Origin: Klebsiella pneumoniae | GTDB lineage: Bacteria > Pseudomonadota > Gammaproteobacteria > Eutrophobiales > Eutrophobiaceae | Direction: 5' to 3' | NCBI GenBank assembly: GCA_945878555.1 | Contig: CAMDWI010000003.1 | Location: 148,287 to 212,286, forward strand | DNA length: 64,000 nt | In this document: piece by piece, positions 10,016-20,558 of the stretch | Position numbering within the stretch: the stretch's first letter is position 1 | Layout of the letters: every line of letters begins with the position of its first letter | Program-made: the position numbers and the translations under genes | Notes under the pieces: generated by a model | What the model saw: the letters and a program-made list of their open reading frames with translations, nothing else | Told to the model about the DNA's origin: nothing | Database searches by the model: none

Positions 10016-10867
10016 TTACTCGAACTGCCCTGCAGAAATAGCCTCGCGCATGTTTTTCATGGCATTTTGCTCCAGCTGGCGGATGCGCTCAGCTGAAACC
10101 TTGAATTTATCAGCCAGTTCGTGCAGCGTGGATTTTTCCTGCTTCAGCCAGCGGCTACGAATGATTTCCCGGCTGCGTTCATCCAGTGATTCCAGGGCAA
10201 TGAGCAACCGGTCCTGATCGACGTTTTCGGTTTCGAGAGTTTCAATCTGTTGTTCAGGGCCTTCTCGCTGATCTTCGATATACAGCGCGGGTGATACCAT
10301 GTCATCATCTTCATCTGCAGGAGACCCGTCAAAAGAAGCATCATGTGCTGCCATACGTTTTTCCATCTCAATCACATCAGCAGGACTCACGCCCAGGTCT
10401 TGTGCCACAGACTCAACCTCTTCGCGGTTCAGCCATCCAAGTCGCTGTTTCGCTGATCGTAGATTAAAGAACAACTTGCGCTGTGCTTTTGTGGTGGCAA
10501 CCTTGACGATACGCCAGTTGCGGAGGATGTATTCATGCATCTCTGCACGAATCCAGTGTACGGCAAATGAAACCAGCCTTACACCGAACCCGGGGTCAAA
10601 ACGTTTTACCGCCTTCATCAGTCCGATATTACCTTCCTGTATCAGATCAGCCTGGGGCAGACCATAGCCGCTATAGCCCCTGGCTACCTTGACGACAAAT
10701 CTCAGGTGCGACAGTACCAGTTCCCTGGCGGCTTCCAGATCGCCGTCTGCCTGAAAGCGTTTGAATAATTCCAGCTCCCGATCCTGACTCAGCATCGGTA
10801 TCGCATGTACCGACTGTATATAGGATTCCAGCGATCCCAGTGGCAAGCTCAATTGTAGGTTCGTCAT
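10016..10867 (-). CDS. rpoH: RNA polymerase sigma-32 factor
   Basis: [14 protein letters not shown], RpoH box [18 protein letters not shown]; follows ftsX; ATG 10867 preferred over TTG 10897. Confidence 0.97.
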   Translation of the reverse strand: MTNLQLSLPLGSLESYIQSVHAIPMLSQDRELELFKRFQADGDLEAARELVLSHLRFVVKVARGYSGYGLPQADLIQEGNIGLMKAVKRFDPGFGVRLVSFAVHWIRAEMHEYILRNWRIVKVATTKAQRKLFFNLRSAKQRLGWLNREEVESVAQDLGVSPADVIEMEKRMAAHDASFDGSPADEDDDMVSPALYIEDQREGPEQQIETLETENVDQDRLLIALESLDERSREIIRSRWLKQEKSTLHELADKFKVSAERIRQLEQNAMKNMREAISAGQFE

Positions 10868-10901
10868 ATATTTCACCCTGGTTATTTCAATTAACACCAG
10901 T

Positions 10902-10928
10902 TTAGCACTCTAATGGTAGGAGTGCCAA
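10902..10928. promoter_or_regulatory. CIRCE element (HrcA operator) upstream of rpoH
   Basis: TTAGCACTC-TAATGGTAG-GAGTGCCAA: 17/18 match to TTAGCACTC-N9-GAGTGCTAA with exact spacer. Confidence 0.9.
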
Positions 10929-10981
10929 GTATGCGCGTGTGTGATGAGCAGTATGATAATTAGGCTTTTATAAACAATTGG

Positions 10982-11947
10982 TTACATGGGTTCAGTGTCG
11001 CGGATATGACGTCCCACGGCTACCCACGAACCAGCGAGACCGAGTACGCTACCTGTCAGTAGCAGTATCAGTAACTGGATGAAATCCAGACTGTGTAGCT
11101 GAAAGTCGCTGTTGTAGAGTAACGCCAGCTGGTTTACGGGATTTTTCATAATCAGCGTAGTAATAACTAACAGTAGCCAGGCTATGCAGCTGCCAGCAAA
11201 TCCATAAATCAACCCGCTATACAGAAAAGGTCTCTGTATATAGGCATTGGTTGCCCCGAATAATTTGTTTATGGCAATTTCAGTACGTTTGTTAATAATT
11301 GAAAGGCGAATCGTATTGCCGATAATCAACAAAACCGCAACAGACAATAAAGTCGAAAGAATTACGACAGCTCTCTTTAAAATATGCAGAATGACTACAA
11401 GTCGATTCACCCACTGTCTGTCATATTGCGCACTTTCAACTTCTGGCAACTTCCCAAGTTCCTCCAGCAAGGACTCCCCCGGGTCGGAGATTACTGAATT
11501 CATACGCGGCTGAATCAGCAACATAGACGGCAAGGGATTTTCCTCAAGGGAATCGAGCGCATCACCAAAACCGGAAAACTGTTTGTATTCCAGTAGCGCC
11601 TGATCACGGCTTATCAGTACAACCTCTTCTACAAGTTCATGGGCGGAAAGCTTTAGTTGCAGGCTCTCAGCTTTTGCATCATCCACATTGTGATGTAGAT
11701 AGAGTGCAATCTGGATCGTCCCGTCCCAGTTTTCCATGACCTTCTGCGCATTATCAAGCATCAGATAAAATCCGGCAGGTAGTGCAAGCGATATACCGAT
11801 AACAGCGATTGAGAAAAGATTGCCAGCAAGATTTCTCTTGATCTGGGCCAGGCTGGACTGGAATGCCAGCGTGTGTTGTCCCAACCAGACATTCAGTGAC
11901 CGTCTAAAACCATCGGGATTATTAACGCGAGTTCGCCGCTTGTTCAT
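10982..11947 (-). CDS. ftsX: Cell division permease FtsX
   Basis: [18 protein letters not shown]...IQRPFLYSG; between ftsE and rpoH. Confidence 0.95.
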   Translation of the reverse strand: MNKRRTRVNNPDGFRRSLNVWLGQHTLAFQSSLAQIKRNLAGNLFSIAVIGISLALPAGFYLMLDNAQKVMENWDGTIQIALYLHHNVDDAKAESLQLKLSAHELVEEVVLISRDQALLEYKQFSGFGDALDSLEENPLPSMLLIQPRMNSVISDPGESLLEELGKLPEVESAQYDRQWVNRLVVILHILKRAVVILSTLLSVAVLLIIGNTIRLSIINKRTEIAINKLFGATNAYIQRPFLYSGLIYGFAGSCIAWLLLVITTLIMKNPVNQLALLYNSDFQLHSLDFIQLLILLLTGSVLGLAGSWVAVGRHIRDTEPM

Positions 11948-12621
11948 TCTTCCACCAGGTCAGGTGCGGAGGTCAGCAACTTGCCAGATTTCAGGGTGAC
12001 TATCGGTTTTTTCAGTTTTCTGATCATCTCAAGATCATGGCTCGCAATCACGACGGTGACACCAATCTGGTTGAATTGTTCAAACAGTTTCATGCTTTCC
12101 CACGACAGTGCCGGATCGAGGTTGCCAGTGGGTTCATCAGCGAGAAGAACGGCGGGTCTGTGTACCACGGCACGGGCAATTCCAACCCGTTGCTGTTCGC
12201 CTCCCGACAGTGAGAGTGGATAGGATTTTTCCTGTGCCAGCAATCCTACCTTGTCGAGCGCTGCATGAACTCGCTTGCGAGTTTCCTGATGGGGATGACC
12301 CGCGACTACCATTGGCAGGGCGACATTATCGAATACAGTCCTGTCGTTTAACAGTCGATGGTCCTGAAACATAAAACCGATGTTTCTGCGAAAGAGTGCA
12401 ATTCTGTCGCCAGTTACGCGATCAAGATTCTGGCTGTTGACGATAATTTGACCGCGCGTATGTCTTTCTATCAAGCCGATTAACCTTAGCATAGTGGTCT
12501 TGCCAGCGCCGGAACGTCCGGTAATAAAAACCATGGCACCACGTTCAATAAACAGATTTACACGTCGCAGAGCGTCCCTGCCTGATGCATAACTCTTGTA
12601 AACATCAGTAAACTGGATCAC
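11944..12621 (-). CDS. ftsE: Cell division ATP-binding protein FtsE
   Basis: Walker [29 protein letters not shown]; ftsYEX synteny. Confidence 0.96.
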   Translation of the reverse strand: MIQFTDVYKSYASGRDALRRVNLFIERGAMVFITGRSGAGKTTMLRLIGLIERHTRGQIIVNSQNLDRVTGDRIALFRRNIGFMFQDHRLLNDRTVFDNVALPMVVAGHPHQETRKRVHAALDKVGLLAQEKSYPLSLSGGEQQRVGIARAVVHRPAVLLADEPTGNLDPALSWESMKLFEQFNQIGVTVVIASHDLEMIRKLKKPIVTLKSGKLLTSAPDLVEE

Positions 12622-13574
12622 GGCTCTGTCGACAACAATGCTTGCACGAAATTTTCAGCATTAAACGGACTAAGGTCTGTTATCTTCTCTCCGGTTCCGA
12701 GAAAGCGGATCGGTATACCCAGTTTACTGGCGATTGCGAAGACGATGCCACCTTTGGCTGTTCCGTCAAGTTTGGTCAGGACGATTCCGGTTATGCCGAT
12801 GGCATCATGAAACTGTTGTGCCTGGGCAAGCGCGTTCTGGCCGTTGCTGGCATCCAGAACCAGCAGGGTCTCAACTTCAGCGTCGGAATCAAACTTGTTG
12901 ATTGTCCGCCTTATTTTTTTCAGTTCCTCGATCAGGTTGTTCTTGTTCTGTAATCTTCCAGCAGTATCCGCGATCAGGATATCTGCATTTTGTTCACGCG
13001 CAGCCTGCAGGCTGTCATAAATGACAGCAGAAGAATCAGCGCCATGAGTATGGGCAATGACAGGAATGAGGATACGATCTCCCCAGGACTGTAACTGCTC
13101 AATCGCAGCAGCACGGAATGTATCACCTGCTGCCAGCACAACGCTGTAGTCCTGTTTGTAAAGATTTGCCAGTTTTCCTATTGTTGTCGTCTTTCCGGCG
13201 CCGTTGACCCCGACCACGAGCAGAGTAAATGGTCGTGGCCCGGCAGGAACCAGAGGAACGGCCTCAACCGGTTTCAGCAGATTAACCATCTGATCATGCA
13301 GTAAGGTAACCAGATCCTGTGTGTTATTAATCCGGTTGTTTTGCAGGGCCTGGTTCAGCGAACTTATGATAGAGGCGGTAGCTTCGATACCCACATCAGC
13401 CAGCAGCAGTCTGTTTTCTACCTCCTCCAGCAGCTCTGCCCGGGAGTGGTTTTTCAGGTTAAACAGCTCTCCCAGATCTGTAAACAGGATTGCCCGTGTC
13501 TTGTCGAGCCCGGACCGAAGTCGCTGCCACAATCCGGGTGTCGGCTCTGAACTTTTATTCTTTTTAAAAATCAT
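12618..13574 (-). CDS. ftsY: Signal recognition particle receptor FtsY (short, no acidic N-domain)
   Basis: [35 protein letters not shown] 13574 preferred over TTG 13649. Confidence 0.96.
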   Translation of the reverse strand: MIFKKNKSSEPTPGLWQRLRSGLDKTRAILFTDLGELFNLKNHSRAELLEEVENRLLLADVGIEATASIISSLNQALQNNRINNTQDLVTLLHDQMVNLLKPVEAVPLVPAGPRPFTLLVVGVNGAGKTTTIGKLANLYKQDYSVVLAAGDTFRAAAIEQLQSWGDRILIPVIAHTHGADSSAVIYDSLQAAREQNADILIADTAGRLQNKNNLIEELKKIRRTINKFDSDAEVETLLVLDASNGQNALAQAQQFHDAIGITGIVLTKLDGTAKGGIVFAIASKLGIPIRFLGTGEKITDLSPFNAENFVQALLSTEP

Positions 13575-13829
13575 CTGCCGATTATATAAAGAATCAATCC
13601 TGATTTCGTCATCTAATTCGTTATTCTGGCTACAGGCACCCCGGAACAACGAAATGCCCGATGCAGCAAGGGCAACACGGATACAAACCCGGCTATTGCA
13701 GATGGCACCTGGGGTCGATCAGTAGGGTCAGAGGGTGCAAGGTCAGATATAATGTAGAAGACTGATGACCGGTATCCGTGGCGGATACCGGGATCCAACT
13801 AGATAAATGCAGGTACTGGAAAAGTGGAT

Positions 13830-15896
13830 ATGACAACAAACAACCCCTTGCTTGAAAATACAGGACTGCCACAGTTTGGCAGGATACAGCCGGAACATAT
13901 TGTGCCCGCGATAGAATATCTGCTTGATTACAATCGCAAGACTCTGCAACAGATTCTGACAACGAACACCGACTTTACCTGGGACAACTTGATAGTTCCA
14001 CTGGAAGAAATGGAAGACCGCCTGAACAAATGCTGGTCACCGGTAAGACATTTGCATTCTGTTGCCGATGATGAGCAATTACGCAAGGCATACAATATCT
14101 GTCTGCCGCTGCTGACAGATTACTCAACTGATATGATGCAGAACCACGACCTGTATCTGGCCTATGAGCAAATAGCCGGGGGCGAGCAGTACAGCCGGCT
14201 TGATGCTGCCCAGCAAAAGGTGATAACGAACGCCCTGCGTGATTTTCATCTCTCGGGCGTGACTCTGGATCAGGATAAAAAAAGCGAATACAAACGTGTA
14301 CAACAGGAGTTATCTCAACTCGAGACCCGATTCGAGGAAAACCTGCTGGATGCTACCCATGCATGGACCCGGGTAGTGACAGATCCTGTAGAGCTTGCAG
14401 GACTGCCTGAATCTGCTCTGGCTCAGGCCGTGCAGGCGGCAGGTGAAAAGCAGCAGCAGGGATGGCTGTTTACCCTTGACTTTCCTTCCTATTATCCAGT
14501 GATGCAATACGCCGACGATGCGTCACTTCGGCAGCAGATGTATACCGCCTATGTGACCCGTGCCTCGAACCAGGGTCCGGGAACACACCAGTGGGACAAC
14601 AGCACAGTGATGGAAAAAATCCTGGCGTTACGGGCGAGCAAGGCCGCATTGCTGGGATTTGAAAGCTTTGCTGATTATTCACTTGCCCGCAAGATGGCAA
14701 ACAGCCCCACAGAAGTTTTGACATTCCTTCAGGATCTGGCTTCAAGATCGAGAGCAACAGCCCTGGCGGAATTTGAGGAATTGAGCGAGTTTGCCCGGAC
14801 CCGTTACGGCGTAAAAACGCTGAACGCCTGGGACATCGCCTACTATTCCGAGAAACTGCGCAAATTCCGGTTTGATATTTCACAGGAACAGATAAAACCG
14901 TATTTCCCGGTAGGTAGCGTGCTGGAAGGACTGTTCAATCTGGTTGAACGTCTGTATGGCCTGGTTATCACCAGAACAGTCGATATACCGGTGTGGCACC
15001 CTGATGTGTCGTTCTATCATATTCATGACCAGGCTGGTGTACACCGAGGCAGCTTCTATCTGGATCTTTATGCCCGCCAGCACAAAAGAGGTGGTGCATG
15101 GATGGACGAGTGTATCGTCCGTAAGCGGCAAAATAGCACATTGCAATTACCCGTTGCCTATCTGAACTGTAATTTTACCCCGCCGGTCAATGGTCAATCC
15201 GCATTATTGACACATGATGATGTGACTACCTTGTTCCATGAGTTTGGACATGGTCTGCATCATATGTTGACGCTGGTTGATTACACGCCTGTCGCCGGTA
15301 TCAATGGTGTGCCTTGGGATGCAGTTGAATTGCCAAGCCAGATCATGGAGAACTGGTGTTGGGAGCGTGAACTAATAAATGTGATGGGCAGACACCATCT
15401 CACTGGCGCGCCTCTTCCGGACGAGTTGTACGAGAGAATGTTGCAGGCCAAAAACTTCCAGAGTGGAATGCAGATGATGCGCCAGCTTGAACTGGCGCTG
15501 TTTGACTTCAGGTTGCACTGTGAGAAAGCTGTCGCCGGGAGTGCCGGGATACAGGCCATGCTCGATGAAGTAAGACGCGAAACGGCGGTGTTTATCCCGC
15601 CTGAATTTAATCGGTTCCAGCACAGTTTCTCCCATATCTTTGCCGGGGGATATGCAGCAGGCTACTATAGTTACAAATGGGCGGAAGTATTATCGGCAGA
15701 CGCATTTTCAAAGTTCGAGGAAGAAGGTATCTTTAACAGGATAACCGGAGAGGCGTTTCTCCATACATTCTTGGAGCGGGGTGGTTCCAGGGATCCGATG
15801 GAACTGTTTATTGAGTTCAGGGGTAGAAAACCCGCAATAGACGCATTACTGAGACACTCCGGAATATATTCCGGAAATGTGGGGCAGGCAGCATGA
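13830..15896 (+). CDS. prlC: Oligopeptidase A (M3 family)
   Basis: NNPLL N-terminus, HEFGHGLH zinc motif, WDAVELPSQ, GYYSYKWAE. Confidence 0.95.
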   Translation: MTTNNPLLENTGLPQFGRIQPEHIVPAIEYLLDYNRKTLQQILTTNTDFTWDNLIVPLEEMEDRLNKCWSPVRHLHSVADDEQLRKAYNICLPLLTDYSTDMMQNHDLYLAYEQIAGGEQYSRLDAAQQKVITNALRDFHLSGVTLDQDKKSEYKRVQQELSQLETRFEENLLDATHAWTRVVTDPVELAGLPESALAQAVQAAGEKQQQGWLFTLDFPSYYPVMQYADDASLRQQMYTAYVTRASNQGPGTHQWDNSTVMEKILALRASKAALLGFESFADYSLARKMANSPTEVLTFLQDLASRSRATALAEFEELSEFARTRYGVKTLNAWDIAYYSEKLRKFRFDISQEQIKPYFPVGSVLEGLFNLVERLYGLVITRTVDIPVWHPDVSFYHIHDQAGVHRGSFYLDLYARQHKRGGAWMDECIVRKRQNSTLQLPVAYLNCNFTPPVNGQSALLTHDDVTTLFHEFGHGLHHMLTLVDYTPVAGINGVPWDAVELPSQIMENWCWERELINVMGRHHLTGAPLPDELYERMLQAKNFQSGMQMMRQLELALFDFRLHCEKAVAGSAGIQAMLDEVRRETAVFIPPEFNRFQHSFSHIFAGGYAAGYYSYKWAEVLSADAFSKFEEEGIFNRITGEAFLHTFLERGGSRDPMELFIEFRGRKPAIDALLRHSGIYSGNVGQAA

Positions 15897-16570
15897 TGAG
15901 ATGGCGCAGTACAATGGCAGGTATCGCTCTGGTCTTTATTGCGATTACTGTCTGCGCGGATACGGTATACGTTACAAACCGCTTGCAGCTGGGCCTGCAT
16001 GCAGACAAGACGGATACCAGCCCGATTATTGCATTGCTTGACAGCGGGACAGCACTTGAGTTGATAAAGTCCGAGGACAATTTGTCTTACGTTCACACCG
16101 CTGACGGGATGGATGGTTGGGTGGATAGCAGCTATCTGTTAAGGGATAACCCCGCCACAGCTGTTCCGTCTGGAGATGAGCCAGCACCCCAGGTCGAGGG
16201 GTCGGGCACGGACCAGACTACGCTGGAGCAGCAATTGAAGTCTGAGCGGGTGAAAACCGGGGAGCTGCAAGTCCAGATCGCCGAGTTGCGCAAGCGCCTT
16301 GGGCAGGATGGCAGTAACGATTCCCTCTATGAAAAGATTGATCAACTCGCGGTAGAGAAGAAACAGCTCGAAATCCAGTTGGCACAGCTACTGGAGGGCA
16401 GCAACCAGCTGACGCCGGTACCGAATGCTGACAGCATCGAGGTGGAGGGTCTCTATAATCCTAGAAATGCAATTATCGCGGTGGTGGTGTCGCTGATAGC
16501 GGGCGTTATAGCCGGCCTGTATCTTATGGATTTCCTGTATCGCCGCCGCCATGGCGGGTTCAGGGTCTAG
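15893..16570 (+). CDS. SH3-domain membrane-anchored protein (TIGR04211-like)
   Basis: Signal peptide, SH3b-like segment (DGWVDSSYL), coiled coil, C-terminal TM plus RRRHGG. Confidence 0.7.
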   Translation: MMRWRSTMAGIALVFIAITVCADTVYVTNRLQLGLHADKTDTSPIIALLDSGTALELIKSEDNLSYVHTADGMDGWVDSSYLLRDNPATAVPSGDEPAPQVEGSGTDQTTLEQQLKSERVKTGELQVQIAELRKRLGQDGSNDSLYEKIDQLAVEKKQLEIQLAQLLEGSNQLTPVPNADSIEVEGLYNPRNAIIAVVVSLIAGVIAGLYLMDFLYRRRHGGFRV

Positions 16571-16583
16571 CAGGAGCCGGAAA

Positions 16584-17354
16584 ATGTTTCGTATAGCCAC
16601 CTGGAATGTGAACTCCCTGCGGGTGCGTTTACCGCATGTGCTGGAGTGGCTGGCGACCCATAACCCGGATGTGCTTGCGCTACAGGAAACAAAACTGACA
16701 GATGACGTCTTTCCGGTAGAGCAGTTCAGCCAGTTGGGATATCAGGCAATTTTTTCAGGACAGAAGACCTATAACGGTGTTGCAATACTGGGCAAGGTTG
16801 CCATGCAATCACTCGCCACGACATTTCCCGGTTATGAAGACCCGCAAAGGCGTGTATTGTGCGTTTCCACAGGGCGAATTTGTGTATTGAATCTGTATGT
16901 GCCAAACGGCAGTGAGGTGGGATCAGACAAATACAGGTACAAATTGCAGTGGCTGGAGCAACTGCAAGCCTATACCCGAAACCTGCTCTCCCAGCATGAA
17001 CATTGCATCCTGCTTGGTGATTTCAATATTGCCCCGGCCGATCAGGATGTCTATGATCCGGTTGAATGGCAGGGGCAGATATTGTGCAGTGAGGCTGAAC
17101 GAAGTCATTTTTTCAGCTTGATTGAGGCTGGGCTGACCGATTGTTACCGGCTTTTCCCCCAGGCGGAACACAGTTTTTCCTGGTGGGATTACCGGGCCGC
17201 CGCGTTTCGGCGTAATCGCGGTCTGAGGATAGACCATATTCTGGCAGACAAGGCACTCGCAGCCAGTTGTAAAAGCTGTGTTATAGATAAAACCCCGAGA
17301 AAACGTGAACAGCCGTCGGATCATGCGCCGGTTATGGCCGATTTCGACATTTGA
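16584..17354 (+). CDS. xth: Exodeoxyribonuclease III
   Basis: ATWNVNS, LQETK, GDFNIA, GLRIDH, SDHAPV; AGGAG RBS before ATG 16584. Confidence 0.96.
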   Translation: MFRIATWNVNSLRVRLPHVLEWLATHNPDVLALQETKLTDDVFPVEQFSQLGYQAIFSGQKTYNGVAILGKVAMQSLATTFPGYEDPQRRVLCVSTGRICVLNLYVPNGSEVGSDKYRYKLQWLEQLQAYTRNLLSQHEHCILLGDFNIAPADQDVYDPVEWQGQILCSEAERSHFFSLIEAGLTDCYRLFPQAEHSFSWWDYRAAAFRRNRGLRIDHILADKALAASCKSCVIDKTPRKREQPSDHAPVMADFDI

Positions 17355-17478
17355 CAGGCTTAAAAAGCAGATTTTCCCTGTAAAGTCCCATCTGACCGTT
17401 GCAACGCCACGCTGTTTACAATAAACTGCCCGACCCTGCAAGTCCGTATGAATCAATATATTAGAGAAAAGTAGACTT

Positions 17479-17688
17479 ATGAAAGCGGAAATACACCCGG
17501 CCTATAAAGAGATCACTGTTACCTGCAGTTGTGGTAACAGCTTTGCAACACGTTCAACGTTTGAAGAGGCAAGTCTGCACGTCGACGTCTGTTCACAGTG
17601 TCACCCATTCTATACCGGCAAGCAAAAACTGCTTGATTCCGCCGGACGTGTCGACAAGTTCCGTCGCAAGTACGGTATGCGCACCTGA
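17479..17688 (+). CDS. rpmE: 50S ribosomal protein L31 (zinc-binding type)
   Basis: MKAEIHP, CSCG and [10 protein letters not shown]. Confidence 0.97.
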   Translation: MKAEIHPAYKEITVTCSCGNSFATRSTFEEASLHVDVCSQCHPFYTGKQKLLDSAGRVDKFRRKYGMRT

Positions 17689-17715
17689 GTTGTACAAACG
17701 TTATTTTGTATACCT

Positions 17716-17740
17716 AAACGCCCTTACGGGCGTTTTGTGT
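17716..17740 (+). terminator. Intrinsic terminator after rpmE
   Basis: AAACGCCC-TTAC-GGGCGTTT followed by a T-rich tail. Confidence 0.7.
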
Positions 17741-17924
17741 TTCAGGGGTTGTATTTCTGCCTTGTACGACGTAAGCCATTGTTTTTTGAACACCCCGGAC
17801 AAAATTGAATATATTCCGGCGGTGACAAAAGTATTGATGATGCGGATATAATCAACGCCCATAGCTCTCTAAATATGAAAATTGACGGTGATAATTTAAT
17901 CCACGCGATCACAGGTACATCCAT

Positions 17925-19409
17925 ATGAAACTCAGGGTTCTGATTCTTGTTTTACTGACATCTATGATTTACGGGTGTGCAACCAATCCCGCCACCGGCG
18001 ATCAGGATCTGGTGTTGATGTCCGAACAGGACGAGATCCAGCTGGGCAAGCAACATCACCAGCAGGTACTCCAGGAATACAGTGTCTACAATGATCTTGA
18101 GCTGCAGAATTATGTGCAGTATGTCGGTAAGAAAGTGGCTGCCAAAAGTCACCGTAGTAATCTGGAATACCAGTTTACTGTACTCGACAGTCCCGAAGTG
18201 AATGCCTTTGCCCTGCCAGGTGGTTATATCTATATCACCCGAGGCCTGATGGCGTATCTGAACACCGAAGGCGAACTTGCCGCCGTGTTGGGGCATGAAA
18301 TTGGTCATGTGACCGCAAGGCATGCCGTACGTCAACATTCAGCAACACAACTGACAGGTATAGGCGCGACCATAGGTACCATCGTGGCTGAATCGTTTGT
18401 ACCGGGCATCAGTTCGGCAGGTGGCCAGGAACTGGTAGGTGTGTTGGGGACGGCGATGCTGCGTGGGTATGGCCGGGAGCATGAACTTGAGGCTGACCGG
18501 CTTGGTGCGGAATATCTTGCGCGTAGTGGCTATGATCCGGATGCCATGCTGGAGGTTATCGGAGTATTAAAAAACCAGGAATTGTTCGAAATAAAACTTG
18601 CCCGGGAAGAGAGCCGCCAACCGAGAATATATCACGGTGTATTCTCTACCCACCCTGACAGCGACACCCGCCTGAAGGAAGTTGTCTCCTATGCCTATGC
18701 TATCAAGGAGCAGTCGGCTGAATCTACCTTCGTTGGTCGAACCGAATACCTGCAGCGTATAGATGGTCTGGTATTTGGTGAGAATAACGACCAGGGTATG
18801 TTGAAAGGGCGTGATTTCTATCATGGAGATATGGGGTTTGCGATGCGGTTTCCCGCTGGCTGGGGTATCAAGAACCTGCCTGATCGGATAATTGCCATGC
18901 CGCAAAACGGAACGGCGATGCTGCAAGTCCTTGTGCAGGGCGCTGACCCCAAGCTGGATCCAGGGGCTTACATGCAACAGCGTATGGGGCTCGACAGAGT
19001 GACCAACGGTCAGGCCCTCACAGTGAACGGATTAAAGGGGTATACCGGGACGGCGGTTATCAATACCGATGCGGGTAAAAGATTGGCGCGACTGACAGTT
19101 ATATACCTGGAGAACGATGCCTATATCCTCGCCGGTTGGACCCAGGATCCGAACGGATTGGGAATATACAATAACGCGTTTGTTGAAACCAGCCGATCCT
19201 TCCGACCGCTTACCGATGCAGAACGTGACGTAGCTTCTCGTTCTAACCGGATAAAAATCCTGCGCGCAGATGAAACAACCACATTCAGCGCACTGAGCGC
19301 TACCTCAACGCTGGACAAGTTTCAGGAACAGCAATTACGGCTGATTAACGGTTTATATCCGACCGGAGACATCAAGAGCGGCGAACTGGTCAAGGACGTT
19401 CAAAACTAG
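17925..19409 (+). CDS. M48 family zinc metalloprotease lipoprotein
   Basis: Lipobox IYGC, NAFALPGG, HEIGH, ELEAD, STHP. Confidence 0.9.
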   Translation: MKLRVLILVLLTSMIYGCATNPATGDQDLVLMSEQDEIQLGKQHHQQVLQEYSVYNDLELQNYVQYVGKKVAAKSHRSNLEYQFTVLDSPEVNAFALPGGYIYITRGLMAYLNTEGELAAVLGHEIGHVTARHAVRQHSATQLTGIGATIGTIVAESFVPGISSAGGQELVGVLGTAMLRGYGREHELEADRLGAEYLARSGYDPDAMLEVIGVLKNQELFEIKLAREESRQPRIYHGVFSTHPDSDTRLKEVVSYAYAIKEQSAESTFVGRTEYLQRIDGLVFGENNDQGMLKGRDFYHGDMGFAMRFPAGWGIKNLPDRIIAMPQNGTAMLQVLVQGADPKLDPGAYMQQRMGLDRVTNGQALTVNGLKGYTGTAVINTDAGKRLARLTVIYLENDAYILAGWTQDPNGLGIYNNAFVETSRSFRPLTDAERDVASRSNRIKILRADETTTFSALSATSTLDKFQEQQLRLINGLYPTGDIKSGELVKDVQN

Positions 19410-19554
19410 CCAGAAAAGGCTTTACAGTATCAGGTTTGGTGAGACGTTGTTCGGCCACCGAGAGCATTAACTAAATGACCTCACTTAGTGAGCAACCTTA
19501 ATGCAAATTATAACGTTCGAAGCTTAACTCCATGCTCTGAATAGGATTCATTTT

Positions 19555-19589
19555 TTATCCACAATTTTTGTGGATATCTCTGTGGATGA
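19555..19589. promoter_or_regulatory. DnaA-box triad (DARS-like core)
   Basis: TTATCCACA-N5-TGTGGATAT-N3-TGTGGATGA; a further box TGTGAATAA at 19760-19768. Confidence 0.65.
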
Positions 19590-19815
19590 AATGAGAACAC
19601 ATTGCTACGAACGGCATCGTTATTGGCTTTATGACAAAATTGTTAATTTTTAAACACATTGTATTTAGTCTTATATTTCATAATGTTACACGTGATTCTG
19701 CGGGTTTCGGGGCGGTGATATGGAATATTCCCGAGAAATTCCGGGGCTTGTTGCAGTGCTGTGAATAACAATGGGCATTAAGGGCAGGATCTGGCCACGA
19801 TCCGCAAGCCTGACG

Positions 19816-19842
19816 GAACAAAATATCGGGAATGTAGTCCTA
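19816..19842 (+). promoter_or_regulatory. Putative sigmaE/AlgU-type promoter for the candidate sRNA
   Basis: GAACAA-N16-TCCTA compared with consensus GAACTT-N16/17-TCNNA. Confidence 0.45.
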
Positions 19843-19848
19843 ATAATT

Positions 19849-19965
19849 ACCCAGGATATTCTGAGTTGCCTCACAGTTCAGGATGTTCATGCCCGGCACC
19901 CCAACCGGGTGGTTTATGGCCCCGGCAGGCTTTTCCTCATACTTTCCGCCGGGGCCTGGTTTTTT
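19849..19965 (+). ncRNA. Candidate three-hairpin sRNA convergent with engB (position of Spot42/ErsA)
   Basis: Hairpins 19854-19888 (several G-U pairs valid only on +), 19891-19910 and 19918-19956 followed by T6; C-rich loops; 5' end is an estimate. Confidence 0.6.
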
Positions 19966-20558
19966 CAGTCATATAACCACTGGTTGAGCGTTTTCAGCAA
20001 CACATCCATTCCTTCGCCACTCAGTGTTGAAAATAACTGTATAGATACAGTCTGACCATCAATGTCACGTTGCAGTCGATTCAGCGCCTGTTTCTTTTGA
20101 CCGAAAGGTAGCTTGTCAGCCTTGTTAACGAGCAGGTGTACATGAATACCCCGTGCCTTGCACCAGGCAAGCATATTGTGGTCTTCCTCACAGAGCTCCC
20201 TGCGTATATCCATAATCAATACCAGGCCAACCAGCGTATCACGAAGGTTAAAGTAGTCATTAATGACTATATCCCATTGTTTTCTTACAGAGGCGGGTAC
20301 ATTGGCGAACCCGTAGCCAGGCAGGTCTACAAGACGGATGTCCGGTACGACAGTGAAAAAGTTGATATGTTGGGTCCTGCCAGGGGTTTTACTGGTTCGG
20401 GCCAGGCCTGACTGGTTGGTAAGTGCATTGATAACGCTGGATTTGCCGACGTTCGATTTGCCGACGAAGGCCACTTCCCTGCCTGTGTCGGCTGGAAAAT
20501 GGCTGATATCCTGAGCACTTAGCAGGAATTTTGTCTGCCTGTAGGGATTCGTTTCCAT
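19965..20558 (-). CDS. yihA: Ribosome biogenesis GTPase YihA/EngB
   Basis: GKSNVGKSS, SKTPGRTQ, DLPGYG, NKADK. Confidence 0.96.
   Translation of the reverse strand: METNPYRQTKFLLSAQDISHFPADTGREVAFVGKSNVGKSSVINALTNQSGLARTSKTPGRTQHINFFTVVPDIRLVDLPGYGFANVPASVRKQWDIVINDYFNLRDTLVGLVLIMDIRRELCEEDHNMLAWCKARGIHVHLLVNKADKLPFGQKKQALNRLQRDIDGQTVSIQLFSTLSGEGMDVLLKTLNQWLYD

Noticed and set aside
19410..19800. DnaA boxes plus AT-rich DNA as oriC
   Set aside because: Only about four boxes, no dnaA/gidA/parAB context and no clear 13-mer repeats; geometry fits a DARS-like site better
19686..20055. ORFs 19686-19874 (-) and 19771-20055 (+)
   Set aside because: No recognisable motifs; they overlap structured non-coding elements and the engB end
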